In this document: positions 1 through 9,743 of the stretch, piece after piece
Position numbering within the stretch: the first letter of the stretch is position 1
How the letters are laid out: the number at the start of each line of letters is the position of its first letter
Origin: an uncultured Oscillospiraceae bacterium
Lineage (GTDB): Bacteria > Bacillota > Clostridia > Christensenellales > CAG-138
Assembly: GCA_964440115.1 (NCBI GenBank)
Contig: CAYTPV010000001.1
Location: 275,792-339,791 of the forward strand
DNA length: 64,000 nucleotides
Direction: 5' to 3'
Position numbers and translations under genes: made by a program
Notes under the pieces: generated by a model
The model's input: the letters and a program-made list of their open reading frames with translations, nothing else
The model's database searches: none
What the model was told of the DNA's origin: nothing

Positions 1-1172
1 TCACGGATCTGCTTTACCGCTGCCAGTCACGCGCGGCGGCCGGGGATCATTTTGAGGAAGAATTCGACCTCATCGCGCAGCGCTATATCGACATCGCGCA
101 GGAATTGAACCTAAAGGTGGATATCCGCCCGCATCTGCAGACGGTATGGTCGGAGATTAAGCGCGGCGCTTCGCCGGATTACGCCGCCAGCCGTGGAGAA
201 TACCTCAACGGACTGCTGCTTGCGGATTATTTGGGCTATGACTTTGTCGACGCCGCGGAAGTTATTAAATTTACGGCAGACAGCAAATTTGATTCTGAGC
301 TTACGCAGCAGCTCATGCAGGAGCGAGTTGCGGGCAGGAAGCATGTAGTCGTGCCCGGATTTTACGGCGCTTTGCCGGATGGGAGCATCAAGGTGTTTCC
401 TCGCGGCGGTTCGGATATCACCGGCGCAATCGTCGCGCGCGGCGTAAACGCAGACCTCTATGAAAACTGGACGGATGTTTCCGGCTTCATGATGGTAGAT
501 CCGCGCATCGTAAAAGATGCCGTACCCATCAAAATTGTCACGTATTCCGAACTGCGCGAGCTCGCGTACATGGGCGCTACCGTACTGCACGAGGATTCCA
601 TTTTCCCCGTGCGTCAGGCTTGCATTCCCATCAACGTGCGCAATACGAACGCCCCGGATGAAGAAGGCACCATGATCATCCCGGATAACGAAGGGCACGC
701 GCTCGGCGGCAGGCTCACGGGCATTGCCGGTCGCTGCGGGTTCACCGTTATCGCCATCGCGAAGGACAACATGCACAACGAAGTCGGTTTCGGCTACCGC
801 GTGCTGCAGGTGCTCAAAAACCACAATATTTCCTTCGAGCACATTCCCACCGGCATCGATACTATGTCCATAATCATCTCGGACTCACAGCTCGAAGGCA
901 AACGCAACGCCGTAGTGGACGAGATCATGGCAACCTGCGAGCCTGACAGCGTGGAAGTGCACGACAACCTCGCGCTTATCGCCACAGTGGGCCGTGGAAT
1001 GGTGCATTATGTCGGCGTATCCGCGAAGCTGTTCGGCGCGCTGGCGCACGCGGGCGTGAACGTGCGCATGATCGACCAGGGTTCGAGCGAAATGAATATC
1101 ATCGTGGGCGTGGAAAACGACGAATTCGAAATGGCCGTGCGCGCAATATTCGAGGCGTTCAAGAACGGCTAA
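1..1172 (+). CDS. lysC: Aspartate kinase, 5'-truncated at the window edge
   Basis: Reading frame stays open back to base 3. Carries the GGSD nucleotide-binding motif (FPRGGSDITGA) and a C-terminal ACT-like regulatory pair (LIATVGRGM...NVRMIDQGSSEMNIIV). Confidence 0.8.
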   Translation, partial: TDLLYRCQSRAAAGDHFEEEFDLIAQRYIDIAQELNLKVDIRPHLQTVWSEIKRGASPDYAASRGEYLNGLLLADYLGYDFVDAAEVIKFTADSKFDSELTQQLMQERVAGRKHVVVPGFYGALPDGSIKVFPRGGSDITGAIVARGVNADLYENWTDVSGFMMVDPRIVKDAVPIKIVTYSELRELAYMGATVLHEDSIFPVRQACIPINVRNTNAPDEEGTMIIPDNEGHALGGRLTGIAGRCGFTVIAIAKDNMHNEVGFGYRVLQVLKNHNISFEHIPTGIDTMSIIISDSQLEGKRNAVVDEIMATCEPDSVEVHDNLALIATVGRGMVHYVGVSAKLFGALAHAGVNVRMIDQGSSEMNIIVGVENDEFEMAVRAIFEAFKNG

Positions 1173-1245
1173 GTCTAAAACAAACCTTAGCGCCCCCTCA
1201 AAAGAGGGGGCGCTTTATATTGACGGCAGTTTTTGCTTCACACAA

Positions 1246-2166
1246 TTATTTCTGTTCGGACAAATCCTGCATAACCGCGGATTTCGCTTGAGCCGAGCTG
1301 CGGACGAAATTCTCTTTATAGAAAAGCAGCACACCCAAGAGTATAATGACGCCTCCCAATATGGTGGACCATCCCGGCACTTCATGCCCCAACACCACGC
1401 CCCATATGGTCGTTAAAAACGGTACGATAAACATATAATTGCTCACATACGATGTCTTTTCCGCTTTAGCAAGCGCGATCGTCCATGTCACATACGCTAC
1501 GGCGCTGCTCAGTATGCCCATTATCCCGATGTATACATACGTAATCACGGGGGCTGCCATAAGCTGACCTATCGCCTCTGGGGAAAATACGCAAAGCAGC
1601 AGCGTGCCCGCAAAAATGCTGTAAATCGCTGTCTGCAGCGGCGTATATGTGCGTGTAAGCTTGCGCTGCAGCAGATTGTAACTGCTCAGCAGAAAGCTTC
1701 CCAGCGTCAGCCACAACACGCCCACATTGACTGAAAAACTGTCTCCGATAAGTAGCAGTACCACGATGCCCACAAATTCCACAACCACAGCCGCCCACTG
1801 GTATGCCTTGAGTTTTTCTTCGTAAAACACACGCGCGAGCACCGCAGTTACCACCGGCACGCTGGTAATCACAATACTGCCTGTGGCGGCGGTAACAAGC
1901 CCTGCACCCGTGTTAAACACGATCATGTACAAAAAAAATCCTGTACCACCAGCGGCAAAGAACCACGGAATATCTCTGAGCTTGGGCGGTCTTACTTTTT
2001 TTATTAGCGCAAATGGAATCAATACAACCGAGGCCACCGCATACCGTACAAATGCAAGAGTAAAGGGCGAAAAATAAGGCAGCGCCAGCTTGGTCAGCAT
2101 GTAGGGCAGCGACCAGAACAGTATCGTTATACTGGCATAGACATGGAAACTATCGTGACGCTTCAC
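1246..2166 (-). CDS. EamA/DMT-family membrane transporter
   Basis: About 10 predicted TM segments typical of two EamA repeats. I placed the start at the GTG (MKRHDSFHV...) because a GGAGGA RBS sits 7 nt upstream; the track ORF begins earlier at a TTG. Confidence 0.6.
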   Translation of the reverse strand: MKRHDSFHVYASITILFWSLPYMLTKLALPYFSPFTLAFVRYAVASVVLIPFALIKKVRPPKLRDIPWFFAAGGTGFFLYMIVFNTGAGLVTAATGSIVITSVPVVTAVLARVFYEEKLKAYQWAAVVVEFVGIVVLLLIGDSFSVNVGVLWLTLGSFLLSSYNLLQRKLTRTYTPLQTAIYSIFAGTLLLCVFSPEAIGQLMAAPVITYVYIGIMGILSSAVAYVTWTIALAKAEKTSYVSNYMFIVPFLTTIWGVVLGHEVPGWSTILGGVIILLGVLLFYKENFVRSSAQAKSAVMQDLSEQK

Positions 2167-2403
2167 GGGCACATCCTCCGTTTGAAGAGAGGTGCCGCGG
2201 CGTCTCTCTTTTCTGCCTGCAATATATAGCAAGCAATATTATATCACAATGCGCAAGAGGCGCAATTTTCTTATTTTTTGCGTGAAAGCACATACATTCG
2301 GGTTTATCCTGTCACAACTTTTTCGCATGGTGTGATAAATCTCAAACTTGTTGGCAATACTTGCTGTACGATGGATTCTTTGGATGGGAAAGGAAGGAAC
2401 ACC

Positions 2404-3420
2404 ATGCCCTGGAGTTTTGGAAGTTTGTTCGGACTGGACGTTGGCATTGACCTCGGTACAGTCAATACTCTCATCGCCCGCCGTGATATGGGCATTATAC
2501 TGCGTGAGCCGAGCGCCGTAGCGCTGGACCATGAAAAACGTATCGTTGCCATTGGCGACGACGCTGTGCGCATGTTAGGGCGCACGCCGGGAGCCGTACA
2601 GGTCGTACGCCCCCTTCAGGATGGCGTCGTAGCCGATTACCGGCTGTGCGAAGCCATGCTCAGGCATTTTCTGGAAAAGGCAATGGGCAAAGCAGCGCGC
2701 CGCGCGGGCGTACGCGCGGTATTATGCGTACCCGGCTGTGTAACGGATGTGGAAAAGCGCGCTCTGGAAGACGCAGCCCGCGGGGCAGGCGCCCGCGCGG
2801 CATTTTTAATGGATGAGCCTGTCGCCGCCGCAATCGGCGCGGGACTGCCCGTGGAGGAGCCTGTTGGCAATCTGGTAGTGGATATCGGCGGCGGTACGAC
2901 CGACGCAGCCGTGCTGGCGCTGGGCGGTGTAGTAACAAAAGCATCTGTCCGCGCGGGCGGCACGCATATCGACACTGCGATTATTCAGCACGTTCGCCAA
3001 ACATATGGCATGAACATAGGCTCCCGCACCGCGGAAGATATCAAACTGGCAATAGGCGCCGCACTGCCCAGTTCCACAAAAACCATGCAGGTCCGTGGCC
3101 GTGATATGAACAGCGGCCTGCCCCGTACGCTGGATCTGACCGCCATGGAGGTATACCGGGCAATGCTGCCGCAGGTGGTGCAGATACTTTCCTGCGTACG
3201 TGAGGTGCTTTCGATGACACCGCCCGAGCTTGCCGCCGATATATACGACCGCGGCATGTGGCTGACGGGCGGCGGTGCGCTGCTCAATGGCCTGCCGGAG
3301 TTCTTTTCCTCGGAAACCGGCATCGCGGTGCACGTTGCTCCCGAACCGCTCGACTGTGTGGCGGAGGGTGCGCGCATTGCTGTGGAAAACCTGAATTACT
3401 ACCGCAATCATGCGGTCTAA
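2404..3420 (+). CDS. mreB: Rod shape-determining protein MreB (actin homolog)
   Basis: Actin-fold motifs GIDLGT and DIGGGTTD. RBS GGAAGGAA precedes the ATG at 2404. mreC and mreD follow directly. Confidence 0.9.
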   Translation: MPWSFGSLFGLDVGIDLGTVNTLIARRDMGIILREPSAVALDHEKRIVAIGDDAVRMLGRTPGAVQVVRPLQDGVVADYRLCEAMLRHFLEKAMGKAARRAGVRAVLCVPGCVTDVEKRALEDAARGAGARAAFLMDEPVAAAIGAGLPVEEPVGNLVVDIGGGTTDAAVLALGGVVTKASVRAGGTHIDTAIIQHVRQTYGMNIGSRTAEDIKLAIGAALPSSTKTMQVRGRDMNSGLPRTLDLTAMEVYRAMLPQVVQILSCVREVLSMTPPELAADIYDRGMWLTGGGALLNGLPEFFSSETGIAVHVAPEPLDCVAEGARIAVENLNYYRNHAV

Positions 3421-3605
3421 TGAATGGTATCGCATAAATGGCATCATCGCCGTGCGGGTAAGCGCTTGCTCCCGCACGGCGTTTTTGCTGTAAACGGATT
3501 ATGTCTTGCCTGTAAACCTTTCATTGCCTGTGTTGCGGTGAATTCGGCGTATGCTATAATAGGTAGGATTAAGTCTATCCATTACAGGCGTGCGGAGACG
3601 TAAAG

Positions 3606-4454
3606 ATGCGCAATCTGCTCAAAAACAGACCGTTATTTATAGCGCTTGTGGCCGTCGTGCTGCTTGCGTTATTGGCGTTGCTGTCTTCCGGCGACCGAAC
3701 CCTTACATTCTTTGAAAGCGCGACGGGCTCCGTGCTGCAGCCGGTGCAGAGCTTTGCTTCGCGCGCATCCGATTCCATCATATCGTTCGTCGAGAGCATA
3801 TTCAACACGACGGATGCGGATCTTGAAAACCAGCAGCTTAAGGTATATGTTTCCCAGCTCGAACAGGGCCTGAACGAAATGGAATCGATTAGGGCTGAGA
3901 ATGAGCGTCTGAAGGCGCTGCTGGCCTTTGCGCAGGGCACGCCGGATCTCAAGTATGTTTCCGGTTCGGTGATCGGCCGCAGTCAGGGTATTTGGTTCGA
4001 TACGTTCACCATCAACGTTGGCCGCAGTCAGGGTGTGGACAAAAACATGCCCGTTGTCAACGCAAACGGGCTGGTCGGCCGGGTCAGCGAAGTCGGCGCA
4101 ACATGGTGCAAGGTGGTCGCGCTCATCGATTCAAGCACCAATGTCAGCGTAATGGTGGAACGCACGCGTGACAACGGTATGATAAGGGGTTTACTGCAGA
4201 CGGGCGGCAGTTCCTCCGATGCTCTGGAACTGTATTATCTGCCCACGGAAAGCGACCTTGTTCCCGGCGATAAAATCGTGACTTCGGGCATCGGCGGCAT
4301 GTATCCCAAAGGACTCGTGGTTGGCAAGGTTTCCGAGGTCAGCCGTTCCACGCAAAGCGACAGCAACGCGGTTGTAAAGCCTTCCGTCGATTTCAGGCAT
4401 ATCGAAGAAGTAATGGTCGTGGTGGGCATGCCCACCCAGGAGGAGGGCTCGTGA
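3606..4454 (+). CDS. mreC: Rod shape-determining protein MreC
   Basis: N-terminal TM, coiled-coil, then a beta-rich C-terminal domain (GLVGRV...GDKIVTSG). Sits between mreB and mreD. Confidence 0.85.
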   Translation: MRNLLKNRPLFIALVAVVLLALLALLSSGDRTLTFFESATGSVLQPVQSFASRASDSIISFVESIFNTTDADLENQQLKVYVSQLEQGLNEMESIRAENERLKALLAFAQGTPDLKYVSGSVIGRSQGIWFDTFTINVGRSQGVDKNMPVVNANGLVGRVSEVGATWCKVVALIDSSTNVSVMVERTRDNGMIRGLLQTGGSSSDALELYYLPTESDLVPGDKIVTSGIGGMYPKGLVVGKVSEVSRSTQSDSNAVVKPSVDFRHIEEVMVVVGMPTQEEGS

Positions 4455-4966
4455 ATAAAAAGCTGACGGCTCTCTTTACCATACTCATTTGCATGTATCT
4501 CGACTCCATCGTATTCGCTCGATTAAACCTGCTCGATATCCGACCGGACGCTATGCTCGCCGCCACAGTCAGCTTTGCGATACTCACAGGCTCGCTCTCC
4601 GGCGCGGTATTCGGCGCAGTGGGCGGCCTGCTGATGGATACGCTGTTTGGCCGCAGTTTTGGCCTCTACGGCATGCTGTATATGACCGCCGGTCTGATCG
4701 CCGGTTATTTTTACAAAAAGTTCTATGCGGACAACCTCATCGTGCCTGCCGCAACCGCTTCTACAGCGGGGCTTTTGAAGGATTTGCTGCTAGCGTTCAT
4801 CGTATTTGCAGGAGGCGCTCGATTTGATTTCGTACGCATACTTGTCGGGTACATTCTGCCAAGCGCAGTGATGACAGGCGCGCTTGGCATGCTCATGCAG
4901 ATGATACTCAAACCGCAGCTGATGCGTCAGGTCAAGCGCAGGCAAGCCGACCATTTGAGCCGCTAA
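4451..4966 (+). CDS. mreD: Rod shape-determining protein MreD
   Basis: Small polytopic membrane protein. Its start overlaps the mreC stop by 4 bp. Confidence 0.75.
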   Translation: MNKKLTALFTILICMYLDSIVFARLNLLDIRPDAMLAATVSFAILTGSLSGAVFGAVGGLLMDTLFGRSFGLYGMLYMTAGLIAGYFYKKFYADNLIVPAATASTAGLLKDLLLAFIVFAGGARFDFVRILVGYILPSAVMTGALGMLMQMILKPQLMRQVKRRQADHLSR

Positions 4967-4997
4967 TTGTGTTTTTACTACTGAGAAGGGATCATTC

Positions 4998-7607
4998 ATG
5001 AAAACCAAGGCAAAAGGAAGATTCGCCATACTCGCGCTGGTAATGGTCGCCATGATGACCGGCCTTATTCTGCAGTTGGGCAACCTGACGCTCGCAAAAG
5101 GCGCCACTTATGCTACGCAGGCACAAAGCCGCAGCACGGAGACCATGTACACCACCGGCGCGCGCGGACGCATACTCGACCGCAACGGCATTCCTCTCGC
5201 CTATGATAAAACCAGCTACAATGTGCAGTTTTACCGCGACCCTGAGCGTTTGAGTTCGGATGACAGCGCGCTTTATACCGAATCCCTGTTGACTGCCATC
5301 TCCATTATCGAGCAGGGCGGCGGCACCATCATTGATACCTCCTACATCCGTATGGATGAAAACGGGCAGCTCAAATATGTGTGGGGCGTAGACTCGGCGG
5401 ACGCTATTGAGGCCCGATACCGCAATTTCTGCAACGCCATGGGTTTTACCATTAAAGATGATAAAGACATGAGCACCTGGATCACCGCGGAGGACGCATA
5501 CCGCAGCCTGCGCAAATCCTGGAGAATTCCTGATGATCTGCCATTTTCGCAGGCAGTCAAAATCATGTCCATTCGGCAGGAAGTCAATATGAACAAGTGG
5601 CGCGCCTATGAGCCTGTCACCATCGCTTATAACGTCTCGATGGATGTGGTGGCTGCTCTTGATATGCGTGCGGATGAACTGCCCGGCATACAGACTACCC
5701 AGAGTACCTCCCGCGTATATCCGTGGGGGGCGACTGCCTCACATATACTGGGGTATCTGAGCCGGCAGGTGACGGACAGCATGTCGGAAAACGGCATGCA
5801 GCGTATGGGCTTTGACAAAAGCGATTATGAAGGCGTCAAAGATGTCTACTCCACGAACAAAAACGGTGAAACCGTGGTGGATATGACCAAGCTTGGCTAT
5901 TCCTATAACGATTATATAGGCATTGCCGGTGTGGAAAAAACCATGGAAAAGTACCTCACGCCCAGTATATCCAAGCGACGCGGCACACAGTCGGTGGAAG
6001 TCAACATGCACGGCACCGTCACACGAAAGCTTGAAAGTACCGCCGCCGCCAACGGCGACGACGTCATGCTCACCATAGACCTTCCATTGCAAACAGTGGT
6101 GGAACACGCGTTACAGAACGCCATTGAAAAGATACACGCCGAAGAAGTAGCAAAGCTCGCTGCGAACGAGGAATACTACCGAAAGAAACGGTCGGATCTG
6201 GATATCAAGATGGCGGAAACAGGCAGTATTGTCGTGATGAACGTGCGTACGGGGCAAGTGTTGGCTATGGCATCGTATCCTACCTTTGACCCGAACAAAT
6301 TCATCACTGGTTTGACGCCGGACGACGTGAAATCCTTGTTCGGCGACGATTCCAATATGCCTACGCTCAACCGCGCAATCGCGTCCCGTCTCGCGCCGGG
6401 ATCTATATTCAAAATGACCACCGGTCTCGCAGGTCTGATGGAAGGGAAAATCACCACTGCCACTGAAATCGACGACGGAGGCAAATACACGCACTTCGTC
6501 AGCGGCGATGTTGTTGAGGTGAACGCACCATCCTGCTGGACAGATGATCCCGCCAGCCATTCAAACATGACGGTAACCTCCGCCTTGACAAAGAGCTGCA
6601 ACTATTTCTTCTTTACAGTGGCGGATATGTTGGGTATCGATAAGCTCAACGACTGGTCTACCAAGCTCGGCCTCAATACTGCCACCGGCATTGAACTTCC
6701 CGGTGAACTAGAAAGCCATGTGGGCGGACAGAGCGTACTCTATGACAATACGCTGCCTATTGACGAGCAGAAGAGCAGCTTGCCCAATTACGTGTATAAC
6801 GTATTGCAAAACTACCTCAAGCAGGTGCTGAAGCTGCGCAGCATGGAAGTTGACGATACCGCCGTAAAAAATTGCGCCAAGAAACTTCTGCAACTGCAAA
6901 AGGGCAGCGGTACTTCGCAGGAGTTCGGCCCCGATATCCGCCGTATATTAAGCGAAGAATTGGGTATCCCGGTCGGCATTACCATGACGCAGAGCTGGGC
7001 GCACGACATCAACTCCATTTTGACGGAGTTGCAGTGGAAAGCAACCATGACAATCCGTGCCGGTATAGGCCAGGCATCCACACTGACAACGCCCATCGCC
7101 ATCGCGCGCTATGCCGCGACCTTCGGCAACGGCGGCACGGTGTTCGACGTGCACATCATAGACCGTATACTGGATGAAAACGGCTCGGTCGTAAAACAGT
7201 ATGATCCGCAGATATATAACAAAATCGACGCACCGGATGAATACTGGGCAGCAATACGGCGTGGTCTCGAGGGCGTGGTTTCGCCGGAAGACGGCGGTAC
7301 GGCGGCAGGCGCTTTCAGCAAAGCGTTCCTTGATGAAAAAACCGGATATTATACGCTGATCAGCGGCAAATCCGGTACGGCGCAGATATCCGCCTCCAAC
7401 AACATCGATATTGAAAACACGGCATGGTTTGTCACGCTTCTCCCCCGCGACAATCCGGAAATCGTGATCATCAGCTGCATTCCATACGGCTTGTCCGGCT
7501 CCAAAGCGGGCGGTCCTGCGGTAGAAGAAATCACAACCTTCTATATCGACAGGAAAAACAGTTCCGCCAAGGACAATCTCGTGGGTGTAAACGGCCTCGT
7601 GCCATAA
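4998..7607 (+). CDS. mrdA: Penicillin-binding protein 2 (elongasome transpeptidase)
   Basis: N-terminal TM and PBP dimerisation domain, then a transpeptidase domain with the SxxK active site (GSIFKM) and a KSG-like triad (SGKSGTA). Located downstream of mreBCD. Confidence 0.85.
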   Translation: MKTKAKGRFAILALVMVAMMTGLILQLGNLTLAKGATYATQAQSRSTETMYTTGARGRILDRNGIPLAYDKTSYNVQFYRDPERLSSDDSALYTESLLTAISIIEQGGGTIIDTSYIRMDENGQLKYVWGVDSADAIEARYRNFCNAMGFTIKDDKDMSTWITAEDAYRSLRKSWRIPDDLPFSQAVKIMSIRQEVNMNKWRAYEPVTIAYNVSMDVVAALDMRADELPGIQTTQSTSRVYPWGATASHILGYLSRQVTDSMSENGMQRMGFDKSDYEGVKDVYSTNKNGETVVDMTKLGYSYNDYIGIAGVEKTMEKYLTPSISKRRGTQSVEVNMHGTVTRKLESTAAANGDDVMLTIDLPLQTVVEHALQNAIEKIHAEEVAKLAANEEYYRKKRSDLDIKMAETGSIVVMNVRTGQVLAMASYPTFDPNKFITGLTPDDVKSLFGDDSNMPTLNRAIASRLAPGSIFKMTTGLAGLMEGKITTATEIDDGGKYTHFVSGDVVEVNAPSCWTDDPASHSNMTVTSALTKSCNYFFFTVADMLGIDKLNDWSTKLGLNTATGIELPGELESHVGGQSVLYDNTLPIDEQKSSLPNYVYNVLQNYLKQVLKLRSMEVDDTAVKNCAKKLLQLQKGSGTSQEFGPDIRRILSEELGIPVGITMTQSWAHDINSILTELQWKATMTIRAGIGQASTLTTPIAIARYAATFGNGGTVFDVHIIDRILDENGSVVKQYDPQIYNKIDAPDEYWAAIRRGLEGVVSPEDGGTAAGAFSKAFLDEKTGYYTLISGKSGTAQISASNNIDIENTAWFVTLLPRDNPEIVIISCIPYGLSGSKAGGPAVEEITTFYIDRKNSSAKDNLVGVNGLVP

Positions 7608-7716
7608 GAATGATATCCAATAATATGAATTGCAGGTCCTATGCCGTTTGCTTGTTGACGGCAGGGACCTGCTGTCGTATTCTGGTAGTAACAGCATAGG
7701 GAAAGGGGAACGGCGT

Positions 7717-8523
7717 ATGGAAGATCATCAAATTCCGGCCTCGCCCGCGCCCGCCCGTGATGCGCAGCTGCAGAATAACATTGTCAGCGCATTGCAGGAC
7801 AGGCAGTTCTTCATTTGCCTGCAGCCGAAATTCAGGCTGCCCGGCCGGCACATCGTAGGCGCGGAAGCGCTGCTCAGATGGAACGATCCGGAAGAGGGCA
7901 TATTATTTCCCGCGGAATTCCTGCCTGCGGCACAGCGGATAGGGTATCTCGAAGCACTCGATCTTTATGCGCTGGAGGAAGCCTGCCACTGCATACTGAA
8001 CTGGCGTACAAAGCAAATGCCCGTAGTACCTCTTAGCGTGAATATTTCGGTGGCATCGCTGCACGCGCCCGGGTTCTGCGACGCTGCGGTGGATTGCTTA
8101 AGCCGCCATGACATCCCGTGCTCCGATATTGAGTTCGAACTATCGTATCAGTTTGCTCAGCAGCATGCTGCAAAGCTCAGCAACATGATCGAATGCCTGC
8201 ACCGCTATGGCTTTTCCTGCTGCATAGACGGATTTACCGAAGACGGGAACAAGCTGGAGCATTTAAGCGCGTTTGAAATCGACAGCGTGAAACTCAATTG
8301 CCGCAGCTATCAGAATAAACCCAAACAAGCTTGCATCGATGCCTGCGCACAGGCGGTTACTCGCTCTAAAGAACTGGGGATGCAGCTTTTGTGCGAGGGT
8401 GTTGAACGCCCCCAGCAGATCGATGCGCTCGCAGCGGCGGGCTGCACGCTTATGCAGGGCTATGCGCTGAGCATGCCTGTCTCGACAGGGCTGTTTGCAA
8501 AGATGCTGCCCAAGTTTAGTTGA
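7717..8523 (+). CDS. EAL-domain protein (c-di-GMP phosphodiesterase-like, possibly degenerate)
   Basis: EAL signature motifs present: EALLRW, SVNIS, the EGVE-like CEGVE, and QGY. The DDFGTG metal loop is altered to DGFTEDG. Start chosen at MEDHQ. Confidence 0.7.
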   Translation: MEDHQIPASPAPARDAQLQNNIVSALQDRQFFICLQPKFRLPGRHIVGAEALLRWNDPEEGILFPAEFLPAAQRIGYLEALDLYALEEACHCILNWRTKQMPVVPLSVNISVASLHAPGFCDAAVDCLSRHDIPCSDIEFELSYQFAQQHAAKLSNMIECLHRYGFSCCIDGFTEDGNKLEHLSAFEIDSVKLNCRSYQNKPKQACIDACAQAVTRSKELGMQLLCEGVERPQQIDALAAAGCTLMQGYALSMPVSTGLFAKMLPKFS

Positions 8524-8559
8524 TCAATGATAAACCTCAGAACTTTTTACTGCGATAGC

Positions 8560-8600
8560 AAAACCAAAGCGTCAGGAGCATTCCCGGCGCTTTGGTTTTA
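8560..8600. terminator. Bidirectional intrinsic terminator between convergent genes
   Basis: AAAACCAAAGCG...CGCTTTGGTTTT hairpin with an A-tract on one side and a T-tract on the other. Confidence 0.6.
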
Positions 8601-8617
8601 TAAATTATGAAAGGTTG

Positions 8618-9730
8618 TTATTGTCCTGATTTCGGAAAATATTGATATAACATGCAGGGAAGCCCGCCATTGGTGAGTTTGCGGCGCTTGTCCGCCCTCT
8701 TGCCGTACGCCCGCTCGAATTCCGAATACGCGGTAAATATGCTCACGCTCCAGCCATCCAGCCTGTCAAAGGCCACTCGCATGTCTTTATATAAGCGCTG
8801 CGCGTCGGCTTTGCTCAGCATTCTTTCCCCGTATGGCGGATTGGTAACAAGCACGCCTCCTGTCTTTTCGAGATACAATTCACTGACAGGCCGCACCGTA
8901 AATTTCAGCTTAACGCCGGCTTTTTGCGCATGCCGCTTGCAAAGGTCTATGCTTCTCTCATCGATATCGCTGCCCTCAATATCCACAGGCGTATTGTCAA
9001 TAGCATCCTTTGCCTGCTCGCGGGCAAGCTCAAATGTGCGCTTGGGCAGAAACGCCCAGTTTTCCGCTGCGAACCCGCGCAATAAGCCGGGCGCGCGGTT
9101 CTGTGCGATCATGGCCGCTTCTATGGGCAGCGTGCCCGACCCGCACATGGGGTCCAGAAACGGTCTGTCGCCGCGATACCGCGCAAGCAGAATAAGACCA
9201 GCGCCCAGTGTTTCAGAAAGCGGCGCATCCACATTCCAGGTACGATAACCCCGCCGCGAAAGCCCCGCCCCGCAGGCATCCAGCGCAAGCGTTGCGGTAT
9301 CGCGCAGCAATCCGACCTCCACGATCACTTCTTCCCCCGTTTCGGGCAGAAGCTGCGTGCGGTAAGCTGCCCGCAGGCTTTCCACGATGGCTTTTTTTGT
9401 GATGCGCTGGCAGTCCGGCACGCTGAACAGTCCGCTTTTTGCGGATTTTCCGGTGACATGGATGTTTGCGTCGCGCGGGAGGTACATTTTCCAATTGAGC
9501 GCTTTTACGCCCTCAAACAGTTCGTCAAAGCTTGTAGCTTGAAAGCTGCCTACCTCAAGCAGCACGCGCTCTGCCGTACGCAGAAACAGCAATGCGCGCG
9601 CAAGCGTGTTTTCGTCACCCGAAAACCGCACGCGCGCGTCCAATACTTCATCAGCTTCTATTTGCAGAGCCCGCAGTTCCATGGCTACCACGGATTCGAG
9701 CCCCAGCTTACATGTAGCGATTAGATGCAT
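8618..9730 (-). CDS. THUMP-domain class I SAM-dependent RNA methyltransferase (RlmL/YpsC-like)
   Basis: N-terminal THUMP-like region, SAM-binding DPMCGSGT, and the NPPYG(E) catalytic motif. Start set at MHLIATC. Confidence 0.75.
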   Translation of the reverse strand: MHLIATCKLGLESVVAMELRALQIEADEVLDARVRFSGDENTLARALLFLRTAERVLLEVGSFQATSFDELFEGVKALNWKMYLPRDANIHVTGKSAKSGLFSVPDCQRITKKAIVESLRAAYRTQLLPETGEEVIVEVGLLRDTATLALDACGAGLSRRGYRTWNVDAPLSETLGAGLILLARYRGDRPFLDPMCGSGTLPIEAAMIAQNRAPGLLRGFAAENWAFLPKRTFELAREQAKDAIDNTPVDIEGSDIDERSIDLCKRHAQKAGVKLKFTVRPVSELYLEKTGGVLVTNPPYGERMLSKADAQRLYKDMRVAFDRLDGWSVSIFTAYSEFERAYGKRADKRRKLTNGGLPCMLYQYFPKSGQ

Positions 9731-9743
9731 GAAACCTCTTTGC

